Shown: in pieces, positions 39,135-49,990 of the stretch
Layout of the letters: every line of letters starts with the position of its first letter
How positions within the stretch are numbered: the first letter of the stretch is position 1
Assembly (NCBI GenBank): GCA_963727775.1
Contig: CAVSHB010000001.1
Coordinates: forward strand, 1,344,001 to 1,408,000
Length of the DNA stretch: 64,000 nucleotides
Source of the DNA: an uncultured Nitrospiraceae bacterium
Lineage (GTDB): Bacteria; Nitrospirota; Thermodesulfovibrionia; Thermodesulfovibrionales; SM23-35
Reading direction: 5' to 3'
Program-made: the position numbers and the translations under genes
Notes under the pieces: model-generated
The model's input: only the letters and a program-made list of their open reading frames with translations
Database searches by the model: none
What the model was told of the DNA's origin: nothing

Positions 39135-39637
39135 CGGTATCTTTGCACTTCGAACCTGTAAATTTCTACATCCTCTTGGGGCAGAATTCCGGCCTTCAGT
39201 CTCGTTATCCGTAATTGCTCTTCTATTGTATCGACTCCTTCGAGGTCCGGCAGCAGTAATCCTCTCCTGTGTCCGCTTATAACGATTATGCCGTATTGTT
39301 TTGGGTCAAGTTCGGATATTTCGTTTACCTTTTCAGGACAGGTGAGCACATCAACAGAGTAGGTGAGTTTATCGAGTTCATTTTCTTCGACCGGACGGAA
39401 CCTCGGGTCCTTTGTTGCAGCGGATATGGCGTTTATTATAATTTCATGAGAAATTGACTCACAGGAAGGCGCATAAGTGCCTATGCATCCCCTCAGTTCG
39501 CCATTTTTTTTCACACAGACAAATACGCCCGATTTTTCTGATGATCCCGGTATAGGCGGGTCCGGAGGTTTGATGACCGTGCCTTCCCTTATATAGGTCT
39601 CTACACTCTGCTTTGCGAGTTCAACAAAGGGGTGCAT
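39131..39637 (-). CDS. AMMECR1-domain (AmmeMemoRadiSam protein A)
   Basis: GVFV...GELRGCIGT, DPRF.PV and GLLLPDLEG motifs. Confidence 0.9.
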   Translation of the reverse strand: MHPFVELAKQSVETYIREGTVIKPPDPPIPGSSEKSGVFVCVKKNGELRGCIGTYAPSCESISHEIIINAISAATKDPRFRPVEENELDKLTYSVDVLTCPEKVNEISELDPKQYGIIVISGHRRGLLLPDLEGVDTIEEQLRITRLKAGILPQEDVEIYRFEVQRYR

Positions 39638-40612
39638 TTATTTTCTTCTATACAATGCATAATCAGCTATTGTGAACAGCGCTTCTTTTGAAGGCGAATC
39701 CGGAAATACAGCGAGTTCCGCCTTTGCTTCAGCAATAAGGTCCTGTGCCTTCTTAAGGGAAAATTCAATCGCGTTGTATTTTTTAAAAAGCTTCAGGATT
39801 TTTTTAAGGCTGCTCTTTTTGAAGCCGTCTTTGATAATACTTCCGACCCTTGCTGTTTCCGGGGCGGAAGCTGTCTTTAGAAGATAGATCAAAGGCAGTG
39901 TTATCTTGCCTTCCTTGAGGTCCTTGCCGAGGCTCTTTCCGAGTTCATCTTCTTCAGCCATATAATCAAGTATATCATCCACCATCTGGAAAGCGATCCC
40001 CGTCTTCATCCCGAAACCTGCAAGTGCATCCTCCTTGTCTGTGGGCAGGGACCCTAGGATTGCGCCTATTCTGCACGCGGATGAAATCAGAACTGCGGTC
40101 TTTGCGGATACAATACTAAGGTATTCCTCTTCGGAAATATTCGGGTCTCCTGTTTTGGAAAGTTGTAGAATTTCACCTTCAGTCATCTTTGTTGTTGCCT
40201 CTGAGAGTGACTCCATGACGCGCTGATTTTTTTGCAGGACGGCAAGTCTGAGGGCATTGGAATACAGAAAATCACCTACGAGAATGACTACCTGGTTCCC
40301 CCATAAAGAATGGGCGGGGGTCTTGCCTCTCCTGATATCAGCGCCGTCAATAACGTCGTCGTGCAGGAGAGAGGCAGTGTGTATCGATTCGATGATGCCT
40401 GCAAGGGTCAGGCGAGGGTCTCCTTTATATCCCGATAGATCGGAACTCAACAGAAGAATTAACGGCCTGAGTCTCTTGCCGCCTCCGTCAAGAATATATT
40501 TTCCGATCAGGGGTATGGTCAGGACGTGACTTTTAAAGAGGTCTCTGAGCCTTTCTTCGACAAGCTTCAACTCAGATTCATAAAGCTTGAAGACATCTTC
40601 CAGATCCATCAT
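39638..40612 (-). CDS. Polyprenyl diphosphate synthase
   Basis: GGKRLRP, LLHDDVID..RRG, FQMVDDILD and GKDLKEGK.TLP motifs. Confidence 0.93.
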   Translation of the reverse strand: MMDLEDVFKLYESELKLVEERLRDLFKSHVLTIPLIGKYILDGGGKRLRPLILLLSSDLSGYKGDPRLTLAGIIESIHTASLLHDDVIDGADIRRGKTPAHSLWGNQVVILVGDFLYSNALRLAVLQKNQRVMESLSEATTKMTEGEILQLSKTGDPNISEEEYLSIVSAKTAVLISSACRIGAILGSLPTDKEDALAGFGMKTGIAFQMVDDILDYMAEEDELGKSLGKDLKEGKITLPLIYLLKTASAPETARVGSIIKDGFKKSSLKKILKLFKKYNAIEFSLKKAQDLIAEAKAELAVFPDSPSKEALFTIADYALYRRK

Positions 40613-40690
40613 TAATGGTAGGCCAGCTATTGTTTTAAAGTCAAGTGAAAGGTCATCATATTAATTCTATTAACGATTTGTTTTTTCAGG

Positions 40691-41755
40691 TTAAGGCCTC
40701 AATCGAAAATCCTCAGGATCAATGTCTTTTTTTGCCAGCTTTTTTATATCTCCCGGTCTGAATGCCCCTTTTTCAGTAATTATGGCCGTGACATATTTGT
40801 GAGGTGTTACATCAAAAGCTATGTTTCGTGCTTTTACCCCAGCCGGTGCAATCCTGCATCTCCCGCATATATTGGTTACTTCTTCGGGATCTCTTTCTTC
40901 AATCGGGATGTATTCGCCTGAAGGAATGGAAAAATCAATGCTGCTCAGAGGAGCAGCAACATAGAACGGTATTTTGTGTGCTTTGCATAGAACAGCCACT
41001 GTATAGGTCCCTATCTTGTTTGCTACGTCACCGTTCCTTGACGTCCTGTCGGTGCCTACGATCACAAGGTCTATTTCACCTTTTTTCATGAGTGCTCCCG
41101 CCGCATTATCGGTGATGAGGGTAACAGGTATCCCCTCCTGCATAAGTTCCCATGCCGTAAGCCTTGCGCCTTGAAGCACAGGCCTTGTCTCATCGGCGAT
41201 TACTTGTATCCTTTTCCCCTGTTCTCTCGCTATCAGCATGGGAGCAGTAGCAGTACCATATCCACCCGTCGCCAAAGCCCCTGCATTGCAATGGGTTAGA
41301 ATCGTATCGCCGTCTTTGATGAATTCAGCGCCCCATCTGCCGATAGCCTTGTTTGCCTCTATATCCTCTTCGAGTATTTTTATTGATTCTTCGACGAGGA
41401 GCTCTTTCATCCTGTCTACAGGTTCGTCTTTCTTCTCTGTCAAAAAACTTCTTATCCTGTCGACAGCCCAACGTATATTTACTGCTGTGGGCCTCGTAGA
41501 GAGCATTTCATTAAAAACAGGATCGAGAGCCTTCATGAATTCATCGAAGTTCGCTGCTCTGATGTCCTGCGCTCCCAGCGCGACTCCCATAGCTGCCGCG
41601 ATGCCTATCGCAGGCGCTCCCCGTATCCAGAGCCTTTTTATGCCTTCAGCCACTTTCCTGTAGTCAAGACATTCTATATAAGTTACTTCCAAGGGCAATT
41701 TTGTCTGATCGAGCATTATTACCTTGCCGTCTTTCCATTCTATCGCTTTAACCAT
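40691..41755 (-). CDS. mtnA: Methylthioribose-1-phosphate isomerase
   Basis: RGAPAIG, TRPTAVN, THCNAGALAT, DETRP.LQG.RLTAWE and NKIGTY motifs. Confidence 0.95.
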   Translation of the reverse strand: MVKAIEWKDGKVIMLDQTKLPLEVTYIECLDYRKVAEGIKRLWIRGAPAIGIAAAMGVALGAQDIRAANFDEFMKALDPVFNEMLSTRPTAVNIRWAVDRIRSFLTEKKDEPVDRMKELLVEESIKILEEDIEANKAIGRWGAEFIKDGDTILTHCNAGALATGGYGTATAPMLIAREQGKRIQVIADETRPVLQGARLTAWELMQEGIPVTLITDNAAGALMKKGEIDLVIVGTDRTSRNGDVANKIGTYTVAVLCKAHKIPFYVAAPLSSIDFSIPSGEYIPIEERDPEEVTNICGRCRIAPAGVKARNIAFDVTPHKYVTAIITEKGAFRPGDIKKLAKKDIDPEDFRLRP

Positions 41756-41777
41756 TTAAATCCTCCGTAAGAAAACC

Positions 41778-43001
41778 TCAGAAAAACATAGAAACAACAA
41801 ACATCAATGTCAGCACGATCATTGTCACTGTTGTTACCCATGCGATTCTGTTAAACATGGTTGAGTTTGTATAATCACCCATTAATTCAGGTTTATTTAT
41901 AAGGAACAGCATGAAAATCAGCACAAACGGGAGCAAGATGCCATTGATCACCTGAGAAATCCACATGATAGCAATCAAAGGCGCATTTGGTATGAGTACT
42001 ATCAGAGAACCAATAGCGATCAAGAAAGTATAAAGCCACATGAACTGCGGGGCTTCCTTGAACGTTTTGTTAATCCCAGCCTCCCAGCCCATGCCTTCAC
42101 AGATAGAATATGCAGTAGCAAGCGGAAGGATAGATGCGGAAAAAAGCGAGGCGTTCGCAAGGCCAACTGCAAATAGAATAGAAGCGTATTTGCCGGCTAT
42201 AGGAGCAAGCGATATGGCGGCATCTTTAGCACTGTCTATTTTTATCCCAGATGGAAACAGGGTAGCTCCACAGGCAACGATAATAAAGAAAGCTACTATG
42301 TCAGTCATAAAACAACCCACAATTACATCTATCCTCGATGCCCAGTACTGCTCTTTTCGTACCCCCTTTTCAACGACCGATGACTGTAAATAGAACTGCA
42401 TCCAAGGAGCTATTGTAGTGCCAATTACGCCGATGAACATGGCGATATAAGCGGAATTGAAGTGAAAAGATGGTTTGATTGTCTGCCATGCCACGGAAGA
42501 CCAATCAGGCTTAGCCAAAAAAGCCGCGGGTATATAAACAAAATAAACAACACATATGACCAAAAAAATTTTTTCAACTATATGGTATGAGCCTTTTACC
42601 ACAAGCAGCCAAACAAAAACAGCCCCGATGGGAACAGAAAGGTATTTATTGATACCGAATAACTCATTGCTTGCAGCCCAACCGGCAAATTCTGCCGCAG
42701 TATTTCCTAAGTTGCATAAGAATAAGGCCAGCATAAGCCAGAAGGTTATTTTAACGCCGTAGTCTTCCCGTATAAGTTCCGCAAGTCCTTTTCCTGTAAC
42801 AGCTCCCATCCTTGCACACATCTCCTGGACTACAATAAGCGCGACAGTAATGGGTATCATCGACCATAAAAGAGAATAACCAAAATGCGCACCAGCTATG
42901 GAATACGTTGCAATACCACCCGCATCATTATCTACATTCGCTGTTATAATGCCGGGGCCGATAACGGACAGCAATAAGAAAAACTTTTTCCATCTGGTCA
43001 C
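41778..43001 (-). CDS. NRAMP-related divalent cation transporter
   Basis: GPGIITANVDNDAGG, QEMCARMG.VTGKGL and GTTIAPW motifs; multiple TMs. Confidence 0.88.
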   Translation of the reverse strand: MTRWKKFFLLLSVIGPGIITANVDNDAGGIATYSIAGAHFGYSLLWSMIPITVALIVVQEMCARMGAVTGKGLAELIREDYGVKITFWLMLALFLCNLGNTAAEFAGWAASNELFGINKYLSVPIGAVFVWLLVVKGSYHIVEKIFLVICVVYFVYIPAAFLAKPDWSSVAWQTIKPSFHFNSAYIAMFIGVIGTTIAPWMQFYLQSSVVEKGVRKEQYWASRIDVIVGCFMTDIVAFFIIVACGATLFPSGIKIDSAKDAAISLAPIAGKYASILFAVGLANASLFSASILPLATAYSICEGMGWEAGINKTFKEAPQFMWLYTFLIAIGSLIVLIPNAPLIAIMWISQVINGILLPFVLIFMLFLINKPELMGDYTNSTMFNRIAWVTTVTMIVLTLMFVVSMFF

Positions 43002-44260
43002 ATCTTTCTCCTCCCGCGTTTTGCTGCAGGCGGCAATATCCTGTCTAAAATGTCATCGACTGCGACGATACCGAGCAAATAACCTTCGTAATTAACTACC
43101 GGAAGGGCGACAAGGTTATATTTTGATATGATCTCGGCGACTTCCACTTCGTCGGTCTCCGGTGTAACAGCTTTAATTTTTGTTTTCATAATATCCGACA
43201 GCTTTGTGTCAGGATCGGCAAGGATCAGATCTCGCAGGGACGTGACTCCGATGAGTTTTTCATGCTCATCGATGATATAAATGTAATAGACCGTCTCCAC
43301 TTCTTCTGAATCTTTCTTGAAGTTCTCTATTGCTTGCTTTACTGTTGTCTCCGGAGCATATGCTATAAATTCGTTCGTCATTATTCCCCCGGCCGTGTCC
43401 TCTTCGTGGCTTAGGAGTTCCTGGATATCCTCAGCCTCTTCCTTTTCCACTTGTTCGAGGATCTCCTTAGCCTTGTCCATTGGAATGTCGCTCAGGACGT
43501 CTGCGGCCTCATCGGGCGGCATCTCCTCTATGATGTCTGCGGCCTTATCGGTATCCATCCCTGTAATGATAGCGGCCTGAACGTCGGGCTCAAGTTCCGA
43601 AAGGGCTTCGGCAGCCGTTTCAACATCAAGCTCCTTGAAAAATGATGCTCCCTCTTTGTGTGAAACCTGGCTGATAATATCGGCAATGTCCGCAGGATGA
43701 AGTTCCGATACCATCTGCCTGGGAACAGTGAGGGATATGGTCGATAATTTCGGCTCCAGCGGCTGAATGTAATTCCAGCTTATCAGGGTATACGGAATGC
43801 GTTTCTTAAAGAGCTTCATTAGGTCTTCCCCGCTTCTTTCTACGCCGAGCCTCCTCATAATTCCCCTCATCCCTACGTCAACCGCAACAAGTATCGCTTC
43901 CGAATTATACCCTTCAAGTTTAATGTCATTTACCCTCACAACCTTTGCGCCGTTTGCATCGACTATCTGTTTGTCGAGGATGTCTCTGACTATCAGAAGA
44001 TCATTTTCACCGAATTCATAGCTTTGCAGCGATTCTCCATAGATTATTGCCGAGATTATTCTCTTGTTGAATATGTTCAAATCAGCCCAGGGAAGGTTAA
44101 ACATTCCCTTTTTTCTTACGATGATCAGCGCGGACACTTTAGGAAACTTTTCGCCTTTAACAAGAACGATATCTCTGACCCTGCCGAGTTCCTCGCCTTT
44201 GGGGTCCAGCACAAGTTTTTTTAATATTTCGCTGACAAACAGTTCACCAAAAAAAGGCAT
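42998..44260 (-). CDS. MgtE-like soluble protein (PRC, MgtE N-domain, CBS pair; no TM domain)
   Basis: LHPADIADI, EMPPDEAADVL, EDTAGGIMT and CBS motifs; no hydrophobic C-terminal domain. Confidence 0.85.
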   Translation of the reverse strand: MPFFGELFVSEILKKLVLDPKGEELGRVRDIVLVKGEKFPKVSALIIVRKKGMFNLPWADLNIFNKRIISAIIYGESLQSYEFGENDLLIVRDILDKQIVDANGAKVVRVNDIKLEGYNSEAILVAVDVGMRGIMRRLGVERSGEDLMKLFKKRIPYTLISWNYIQPLEPKLSTISLTVPRQMVSELHPADIADIISQVSHKEGASFFKELDVETAAEALSELEPDVQAAIITGMDTDKAADIIEEMPPDEAADVLSDIPMDKAKEILEQVEKEEAEDIQELLSHEEDTAGGIMTNEFIAYAPETTVKQAIENFKKDSEEVETVYYIYIIDEHEKLIGVTSLRDLILADPDTKLSDIMKTKIKAVTPETDEVEVAEIISKYNLVALPVVNYEGYLLGIVAVDDILDRILPPAAKRGRRKM

Positions 44261-44370
44261 CTCACGCTCCAGAAACCAAATTTGAAATTCTCATCCGGGT
44301 CCCAAAACAAAATTTAGCAAATAAAAAAATTCGGCTAAATAGTGGGTTGCTAAGTTTCTCTTGAGATTGC

Positions 44371-44492
44371 AGGCTCTTGCAAAAGTCATAAAATTACGAT
44401 GTGACCGCAAACTTCAGTTTGCGTATTTTCTTTATGATACAAAACGCAGGCTAAAGCCCGCGGGTACCAAAATAGGACTTTTGCAAGTGCCT
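44371..44492. mobile_element. MITE-like element with 17-bp terminal inverted repeats
   Basis: aggctcttgcaaaagtc / gacttttgcaagtgcct (16 of 17 match); two internal REP-like palindromes. Confidence 0.65.
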
Positions 44493-44669
44493 CGTTGTTC
44501 AGAATTTAGACATTAAATATTTGCTAAAGTATAGCTTACAGGTTTTTATTTCGGCAATATGAAAATAGCAGACATTTAAACCTTCTAAAGGCTGCCGAAT
44601 CTCCTGGGGTCATTTCTTATCGCTGTTTTGAGTTATAATTAATTTTAAAACATTTTATAAGGCGGGAAC

Positions 44670-45923
44670 TTGGATAAACTTTTAATACGCGGCGGCAAGA
44701 AACTTAAAGGCGAGGTACTTATAAGCGGGTCGAAGAATGCGGCTTTACCGATAATAGCCGCGTCCCTCCTGTCTGACGGATATTGCACAATCAGCAGGGT
44801 CCCGAATCTGAAAGATATCATGACAATGGGGAGGCTTCTTGCAAACCTCGGCGCGGGATTTCACTATGAAGACAGGAAGGCTTTGATCAGTACGGAAAAG
44901 ATCAAAATCTTCGAAGCGCCTTACGACCTTGTAAGGACAATGCGTGCGTCTATACTCGTTCTCGGACCGTTATTGGCGAAATTCGGAAGGGCAAAGGTAT
45001 CACTGCCGGGAGGATGCGCAATCGGCGCAAGACCGATCAACCTGCATCTGATGGGCCTTGAAAAGATGGGCGCCGATATCAAACTCGAATCAGGATATGT
45101 TATCGCCAGGGCGAGGAGACTAAAGGGGGCATCGATATATTTTGACACACCGACCGTAACAGGCACGGAAAACCTAATGATGGCCGCCTCGCTCGCAAAA
45201 GGCAGCACCTTGCTTGAGAACGCCGCAAGGGAGCCTGAGATTGTGGATCTTGCAAACGCATTGATTTCGATGGGAGCACAGATAAAAGGCGCTGGGGAAG
45301 GTGCTATAGAGATAGAAGGGGTGGACGTATTAAAGCCCATAAATTATTCTGTGATCCCGGACAGGATTGAAGCCGGCACCTTCATGACGATTGCCGGCAT
45401 TACCGGCGGAGATATCCTTATTAAGGAATGCAGACCGGAGCATCTCGATGCGTCGGTTATGAAACTCAGGGAAACCGGACTTATTTTTGAGACGGGTAAA
45501 GATGGCATGCGTGTGATAGGGCCATCCAGACCGCAGGCCGCCAACATAAAGACAATGCCCTATCCCGGGTTTCCCACGGATATGCAGGCGCAGTTTATGT
45601 CATTGATATGCATAGCCGATGGCACGAGCATAATCAAGGAAACTATTTTTGAAAACAGGTTTATGCATGTCGCTGAACTCAAAAGAATGGGAGCGGATAT
45701 CACGGTTGAAGGAGGGACAGCAACGGTGAAGGGAATCATCAGACTAAAAGGAGCCCCTATCATGGCAACCGACTTAAGGGCAAGCGCATCTCTCATTGTT
45801 GCGGCCCTCGCAGCAAAAGGAGAGACAGTCATAAACAGGATTTATCATCTTGACAGGGGATATGAAAGCATGGAAGAAAAGCTGATCAGGCTCGGTGCGG
45901 ACGTGAGAAGGATAAAGGAATAG
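44670..45923 (+). CDS. murA: UDP-N-acetylglucosamine 1-carboxyvinyltransferase
   Basis: [30 protein letters not shown] and DLRA motifs. Confidence 0.97.
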   Translation: MDKLLIRGGKKLKGEVLISGSKNAALPIIAASLLSDGYCTISRVPNLKDIMTMGRLLANLGAGFHYEDRKALISTEKIKIFEAPYDLVRTMRASILVLGPLLAKFGRAKVSLPGGCAIGARPINLHLMGLEKMGADIKLESGYVIARARRLKGASIYFDTPTVTGTENLMMAASLAKGSTLLENAAREPEIVDLANALISMGAQIKGAGEGAIEIEGVDVLKPINYSVIPDRIEAGTFMTIAGITGGDILIKECRPEHLDASVMKLRETGLIFETGKDGMRVIGPSRPQAANIKTMPYPGFPTDMQAQFMSLICIADGTSIIKETIFENRFMHVAELKRMGADITVEGGTATVKGIIRLKGAPIMATDLRASASLIVAALAAKGETVINRIYHLDRGYESMEEKLIRLGADVRRIKE

Positions 45924-45941
45924 GGAGAAAATTGGAGATAT

Positions 45942-47660
45942 TTACCTGATGTATGCTTCGGTGACGTAACGGCGCATCATGCGGTGGCTGTTGAAATAAT
46001 AGGCGTTCTTGCCTATCGCATTCTGCATCATCCTCACCCATGTGTGCCTGTCATTATAAAACATGGGTATGATTATATTTTCAAGTTTATTGTAAAGGTC
46101 TTCCGCGTCTCTGGTGTCGAGATTATCGATAAGGGTTGTTTCCGTAGAGCTTGGCCCTATGGACCAGCCTGTGAACCCTTCTATATGGCCTTCTATCCAC
46201 CATCCGTCAAGAACGCTGAAATTTATGACGCCGTTATGCGCTGCCTTCATTCCGCTCGTGCCGGACGCTTCTCTCGGCCTTAATGGTGTGTTAAGCCATA
46301 CATCGACCCCTGAAATCATTTTGAGAGCGATGTCCATATCATAGTTTTTCAGGTAAGTCATTTTGATCTTGCCTTTAAGCTTCTCCTTTATGGAAAAGAT
46401 AGTCTCGATGAGCTTCTTGCCCAATTCATCCTTGGGATGCGCCTTTCCTGCATAGATAATCTGCAGGTTTCCGGTACCAAGGCTTTCGAGCCTTTCGATG
46501 TCACTGAAAATCAAGTCGGCACGTTTATATGCAGTCGCCCTCCTTGCAAAACCGATAGTAAGGACATCCGGACTCATGTCGACTCCCGTGCTTTCCCTGA
46601 CATAATCCAAAAGTATCTTTTTTGCCTCTATGTGAGCATTCCAGATTTCCTCGTCCGGGATACGTCCGACCCTTACAAACAATTCCGGCTCATTTGCCCA
46701 GCCCGGAAGATACTTATCGTAAAGCTTTTTCAAACTTTCACATGTCCAGGTAAAACTGTGTACGCCGTTTGTAATAGCGCTGATCTCATAACCCGGAAAC
46801 ATATTTCTCGAGACTTCGCCGTGTTTCTTTGCAACGCCGTTAATAAACTCGCTGAGATTCAGGCCGAGGCGGGTCATGTTCAGATTGTCCTGACCCCCGA
46901 GCTTTTTTAAAACGTTTAACGGTATCGGTTCTCCCATAACCTCAGAGACAATGCTGTAAGGAAACCTGTCATGGCCGGCCTCTATGGGTGTGTGTGTTGT
47001 AAAGACACAGAGTTCCTTTACTTTTTCTATGTCCCAAACGAGATTTTCATCCCATACATCTTCTATCGGCCGTTTGAATCTATTGAGCAATTCGAGAGTA
47101 AGCAGGCTTGAATGGCCCTCGTTCATATGATATTTCTTGATCTCAAAGCCGAGTTCATGGAGCATTCTCACGCCGCCTATGCCGAGGACTATCTCCTGCT
47201 TAAGCCGGTACGCCAGGTCGCCTCCGTAAAGGTAGTGGGTAATCTCTCTGTCCCCGGGTTTATTCGCCTCAATATCCGTGTCAAGGAAGAGAATCGGAAT
47301 GCACCCGCGTGTCAGGCTCTCGACATTGTATTGCCATGCCTGGACCATAACATCTCTTTGTTCAATTTCAACGGTAATCTTTACAGGAAGCAACGTCAGA
47401 TATTCGGACGGGTCCCATGTGAAAGGTAGTTCAGTCTGTCTTCCCGACGCATCCAGCTCCTGTACGAAATACCCTTTTTTTGAGAGGAGAGTAACAGCCA
47501 CCATCGGTAATTTGAGGTCTGCGCCTGTCTTGATAGTATCTCCCGCGAGCACCCCGAGACCTCCGCTGTAGGTAGGGATATCATTCTCGATTCCTATTTC
47601 CATCGAGAAATAAGCTATCTTCGATGTTTTTAAAATATCTTTAGGGAAAGTGAAATTCAT
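45942..47660 (-). CDS. glgP: Alpha-glucan phosphorylase
   Basis: YFSMEIG, YSGGLGVLAGD, HMNEGH, FARR...YKR and EASGTSGMKA motifs. Confidence 0.94.
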   Translation of the reverse strand: MNFTFPKDILKTSKIAYFSMEIGIENDIPTYSGGLGVLAGDTIKTGADLKLPMVAVTLLSKKGYFVQELDASGRQTELPFTWDPSEYLTLLPVKITVEIEQRDVMVQAWQYNVESLTRGCIPILFLDTDIEANKPGDREITHYLYGGDLAYRLKQEIVLGIGGVRMLHELGFEIKKYHMNEGHSSLLTLELLNRFKRPIEDVWDENLVWDIEKVKELCVFTTHTPIEAGHDRFPYSIVSEVMGEPIPLNVLKKLGGQDNLNMTRLGLNLSEFINGVAKKHGEVSRNMFPGYEISAITNGVHSFTWTCESLKKLYDKYLPGWANEPELFVRVGRIPDEEIWNAHIEAKKILLDYVRESTGVDMSPDVLTIGFARRATAYKRADLIFSDIERLESLGTGNLQIIYAGKAHPKDELGKKLIETIFSIKEKLKGKIKMTYLKNYDMDIALKMISGVDVWLNTPLRPREASGTSGMKAAHNGVINFSVLDGWWIEGHIEGFTGWSIGPSSTETTLIDNLDTRDAEDLYNKLENIIIPMFYNDRHTWVRMMQNAIGKNAYYFNSHRMMRRYVTEAYIR

Positions 47661-47708
47661 ATCTGTTTATTCTAAGATATTTTGGAGACGATTAACAACG
47701 GGAATAAA

Positions 47709-49334
47709 TCATATCGGGCAGATAAGATTTCCGAGCTTTTCAGTCAAACTGAGATTTTCAGAGTAATCTACAGGACAGTCTATAATCGCCGGGACGCGCT
47801 GGGTAAGGGCGTCTTTTAAGGCCGGTAGAAGTTCATCTTCAGAAGACACTCTGTACCCTTTTGCGCCGAATGAATCCGCAAGCTTTACAAAATCAGGATT
47901 ACTGAATTTGACAAAGAAATCCTTTTTGTATTTCAGTTTTTCTTTCCATTCGATGAGGCCGTATCCGCCGTCATTAAAGACCAGACAGACAATATTGAGG
48001 CCGAGCCTTACCGCTGTATTTAACTCGCACATCGACATGAGGAACCCGCCGTCACCGACCGCTGCTACAACTTTTTTCCCGGGATACAAAAGTTTTGCAG
48101 ATATCGCCGCCGGTATCGCAAATCCCATAGAGGCGAACCCGTTTGATATCAGCACGGTATTTTCCTCATAGGCAGGATAAAATCTCGCTATCCATATTTT
48201 GTGCGCTCCCACGTCGCTTACCAGGATGTCAGTTCTATCCAGGATATTCCTGATGTCATTGATTATCCTGAGAGGCTTTAACGGGAACCCTTTTGTGGAA
48301 AAATGAAGCGCATGACCGGCATAAAGCTTCAGCTTATGGTAATAAACGGTATCTTTTGCAACGGATATCCGTTCTGTAAGCATGGAGAGCGTATTTTTGA
48401 TATCACCGATGAGATCAAGCGCATTATAATATGAATCCGTTTCCGAGGACGTGAAATCTATGTGGATGACTTTCTTGCTTCCGTCCCTGTTCCAGAAGCT
48501 GGGGCTGAATTCAACAGGGTCGTAACCGATGGCGATGACAAGGTCTGCCCTGTCAAAACCGCATGATATATAGTCATTTGACTGCAGACCCACCGTAGAA
48601 ATAAAGCATTCGTCATCAGCGGGCACAACACCCATGCCCATGAACGTGGTTGTAACGCCGATCTTTGTCCTGAGAACGAAATCCCTTAATTCCTTTGTTG
48701 CCTTCCCCCGAATAATACCGTTCCCTGCGAGGATGAACGGCATTCGAGACTCCTTTATCATCGAGACCGCTTTTGATAATATTGCTTCAGCGGGCCCGGG
48801 GTATTTTAAGGATTCATGTGATAAAGCAACTCCTTCGGTATCCATTGAAGCAATATCTTCAGGGACCTCGATGTGTGCAGGTCCCGGTTTTTCAATGGCC
48901 GCTATTTTAAATGCCTTGCGAATGATTTCAGGTATTGTCACAGGACTTTCTATCCTGGCGTTCCACTTGGTAAGCGGTTTATAGGCAGACAAAATATCTA
49001 TGTATTGATGAGACTCTTTATGCATTTTCGAAAGACCTACCTGTCCGGTAATAGCAACCATCGGGGAGAAATCAAGCAATGCATCCGCAACACCTGTCAT
49101 GAGGTTTGTCGCGCCGGGACCGAGCGTCGAGAGGCATACTCCGGGCTTGCCGGAGAGCCTTCCATAGGCATTAGCCATGAATGCAGCGGAACGCTCGTCG
49201 CGTGTCAGAATGAATTTTATTTTTGATGGAGACAATGCATTGAGGAGTTCGATGTTCTCCTCGCCGGGCAGACCGAAGATATACTCAACCCCTTCGGCCT
49301 CAAGACATTGAACAAATAATTCGGAAGATTTCAT
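47709..49334 (-). CDS. Acetolactate synthase large subunit-like ThDP enzyme
   Basis: FGLPGEE, TLGPGATN, SMGFAIP and GDGGFLM motifs. Confidence 0.9.
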   Translation of the reverse strand: MKSSELFVQCLEAEGVEYIFGLPGEENIELLNALSPSKIKFILTRDERSAAFMANAYGRLSGKPGVCLSTLGPGATNLMTGVADALLDFSPMVAITGQVGLSKMHKESHQYIDILSAYKPLTKWNARIESPVTIPEIIRKAFKIAAIEKPGPAHIEVPEDIASMDTEGVALSHESLKYPGPAEAILSKAVSMIKESRMPFILAGNGIIRGKATKELRDFVLRTKIGVTTTFMGMGVVPADDECFISTVGLQSNDYISCGFDRADLVIAIGYDPVEFSPSFWNRDGSKKVIHIDFTSSETDSYYNALDLIGDIKNTLSMLTERISVAKDTVYYHKLKLYAGHALHFSTKGFPLKPLRIINDIRNILDRTDILVSDVGAHKIWIARFYPAYEENTVLISNGFASMGFAIPAAISAKLLYPGKKVVAAVGDGGFLMSMCELNTAVRLGLNIVCLVFNDGGYGLIEWKEKLKYKKDFFVKFSNPDFVKLADSFGAKGYRVSSEDELLPALKDALTQRVPAIIDCPVDYSENLSLTEKLGNLICPI

Positions 49335-49990
49335 AACAGTTCATTGAAATCAAGGATGTGCAAAAATTCATCCGACTTCCCGGGTTTTACCTTTGAATTA
49401 GATTTTGCCTTATAAAGGATATACTTTATTCCATATTTTTTTGCCGTTTTTAGAATTTCTTCTGTATCGTCAATAAAAAGCGTTTTGTTTTTATCGAACC
49501 CCAGGCGCTTCTCCGCAATTGTCCAGAACTTCAGGCTTTCCTTGGGATGTCCGGCATCAAACGAAGAAAGGACAGAGTCAAAATACTTCCCTATGCGTGT
49601 TTTTCTGAATTTCAGGTCGATCGATTTATAATGGGCGTTCGTGACAAGGAAAACTTTTTTTCTGTGTTTTTTCAGCATCATCAGAAAATCCTCGACATGC
49701 GGATGGACCTCTATAAGATGCCTGATCTGTTCTTTTAGGACAGGTATATCAAGATGGAGTTCTTTTGACCAGAAATCAAGGTCTGTCCAGTTCAGAGTGC
49801 CCTCATGGTTTTTGTATTTTTCCATAAGTTTCTCCTTTGCCTTACCGAAGGTAATGTTATTTTTTTCAGCATATTTCTCCGGCACGAGATGTTCCCAGAA
49901 GTAATCGTCGAAGTATTTGTCAAGGAGTGTCCCATCCATATCGAGAAGAACAAATTTTATGTCCTTTAAAGAGAATATAGTTGAATACAT
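49331..49990 (-). CDS. HAD-family hydrolase (YrfG-like GMP/IMP nucleotidase)
   Basis: LDMDGTLLD.YFD.YFW, VTNAH and FIDD motifs. Confidence 0.85.
   Translation of the reverse strand: MYSTIFSLKDIKFVLLDMDGTLLDKYFDDYFWEHLVPEKYAEKNNITFGKAKEKLMEKYKNHEGTLNWTDLDFWSKELHLDIPVLKEQIRHLIEVHPHVEDFLMMLKKHRKKVFLVTNAHYKSIDLKFRKTRIGKYFDSVLSSFDAGHPKESLKFWTIAEKRLGFDKNKTLFIDDTEEILKTAKKYGIKYILYKAKSNSKVKPGKSDEFLHILDFNELL

Noticed and set aside
44280..44660. M-box (ykoK) riboswitch upstream of the MgtE-like gene
   Set aside because: I could not find the conserved M-box sequence; the visible structure is explained by the MITE-like insert.
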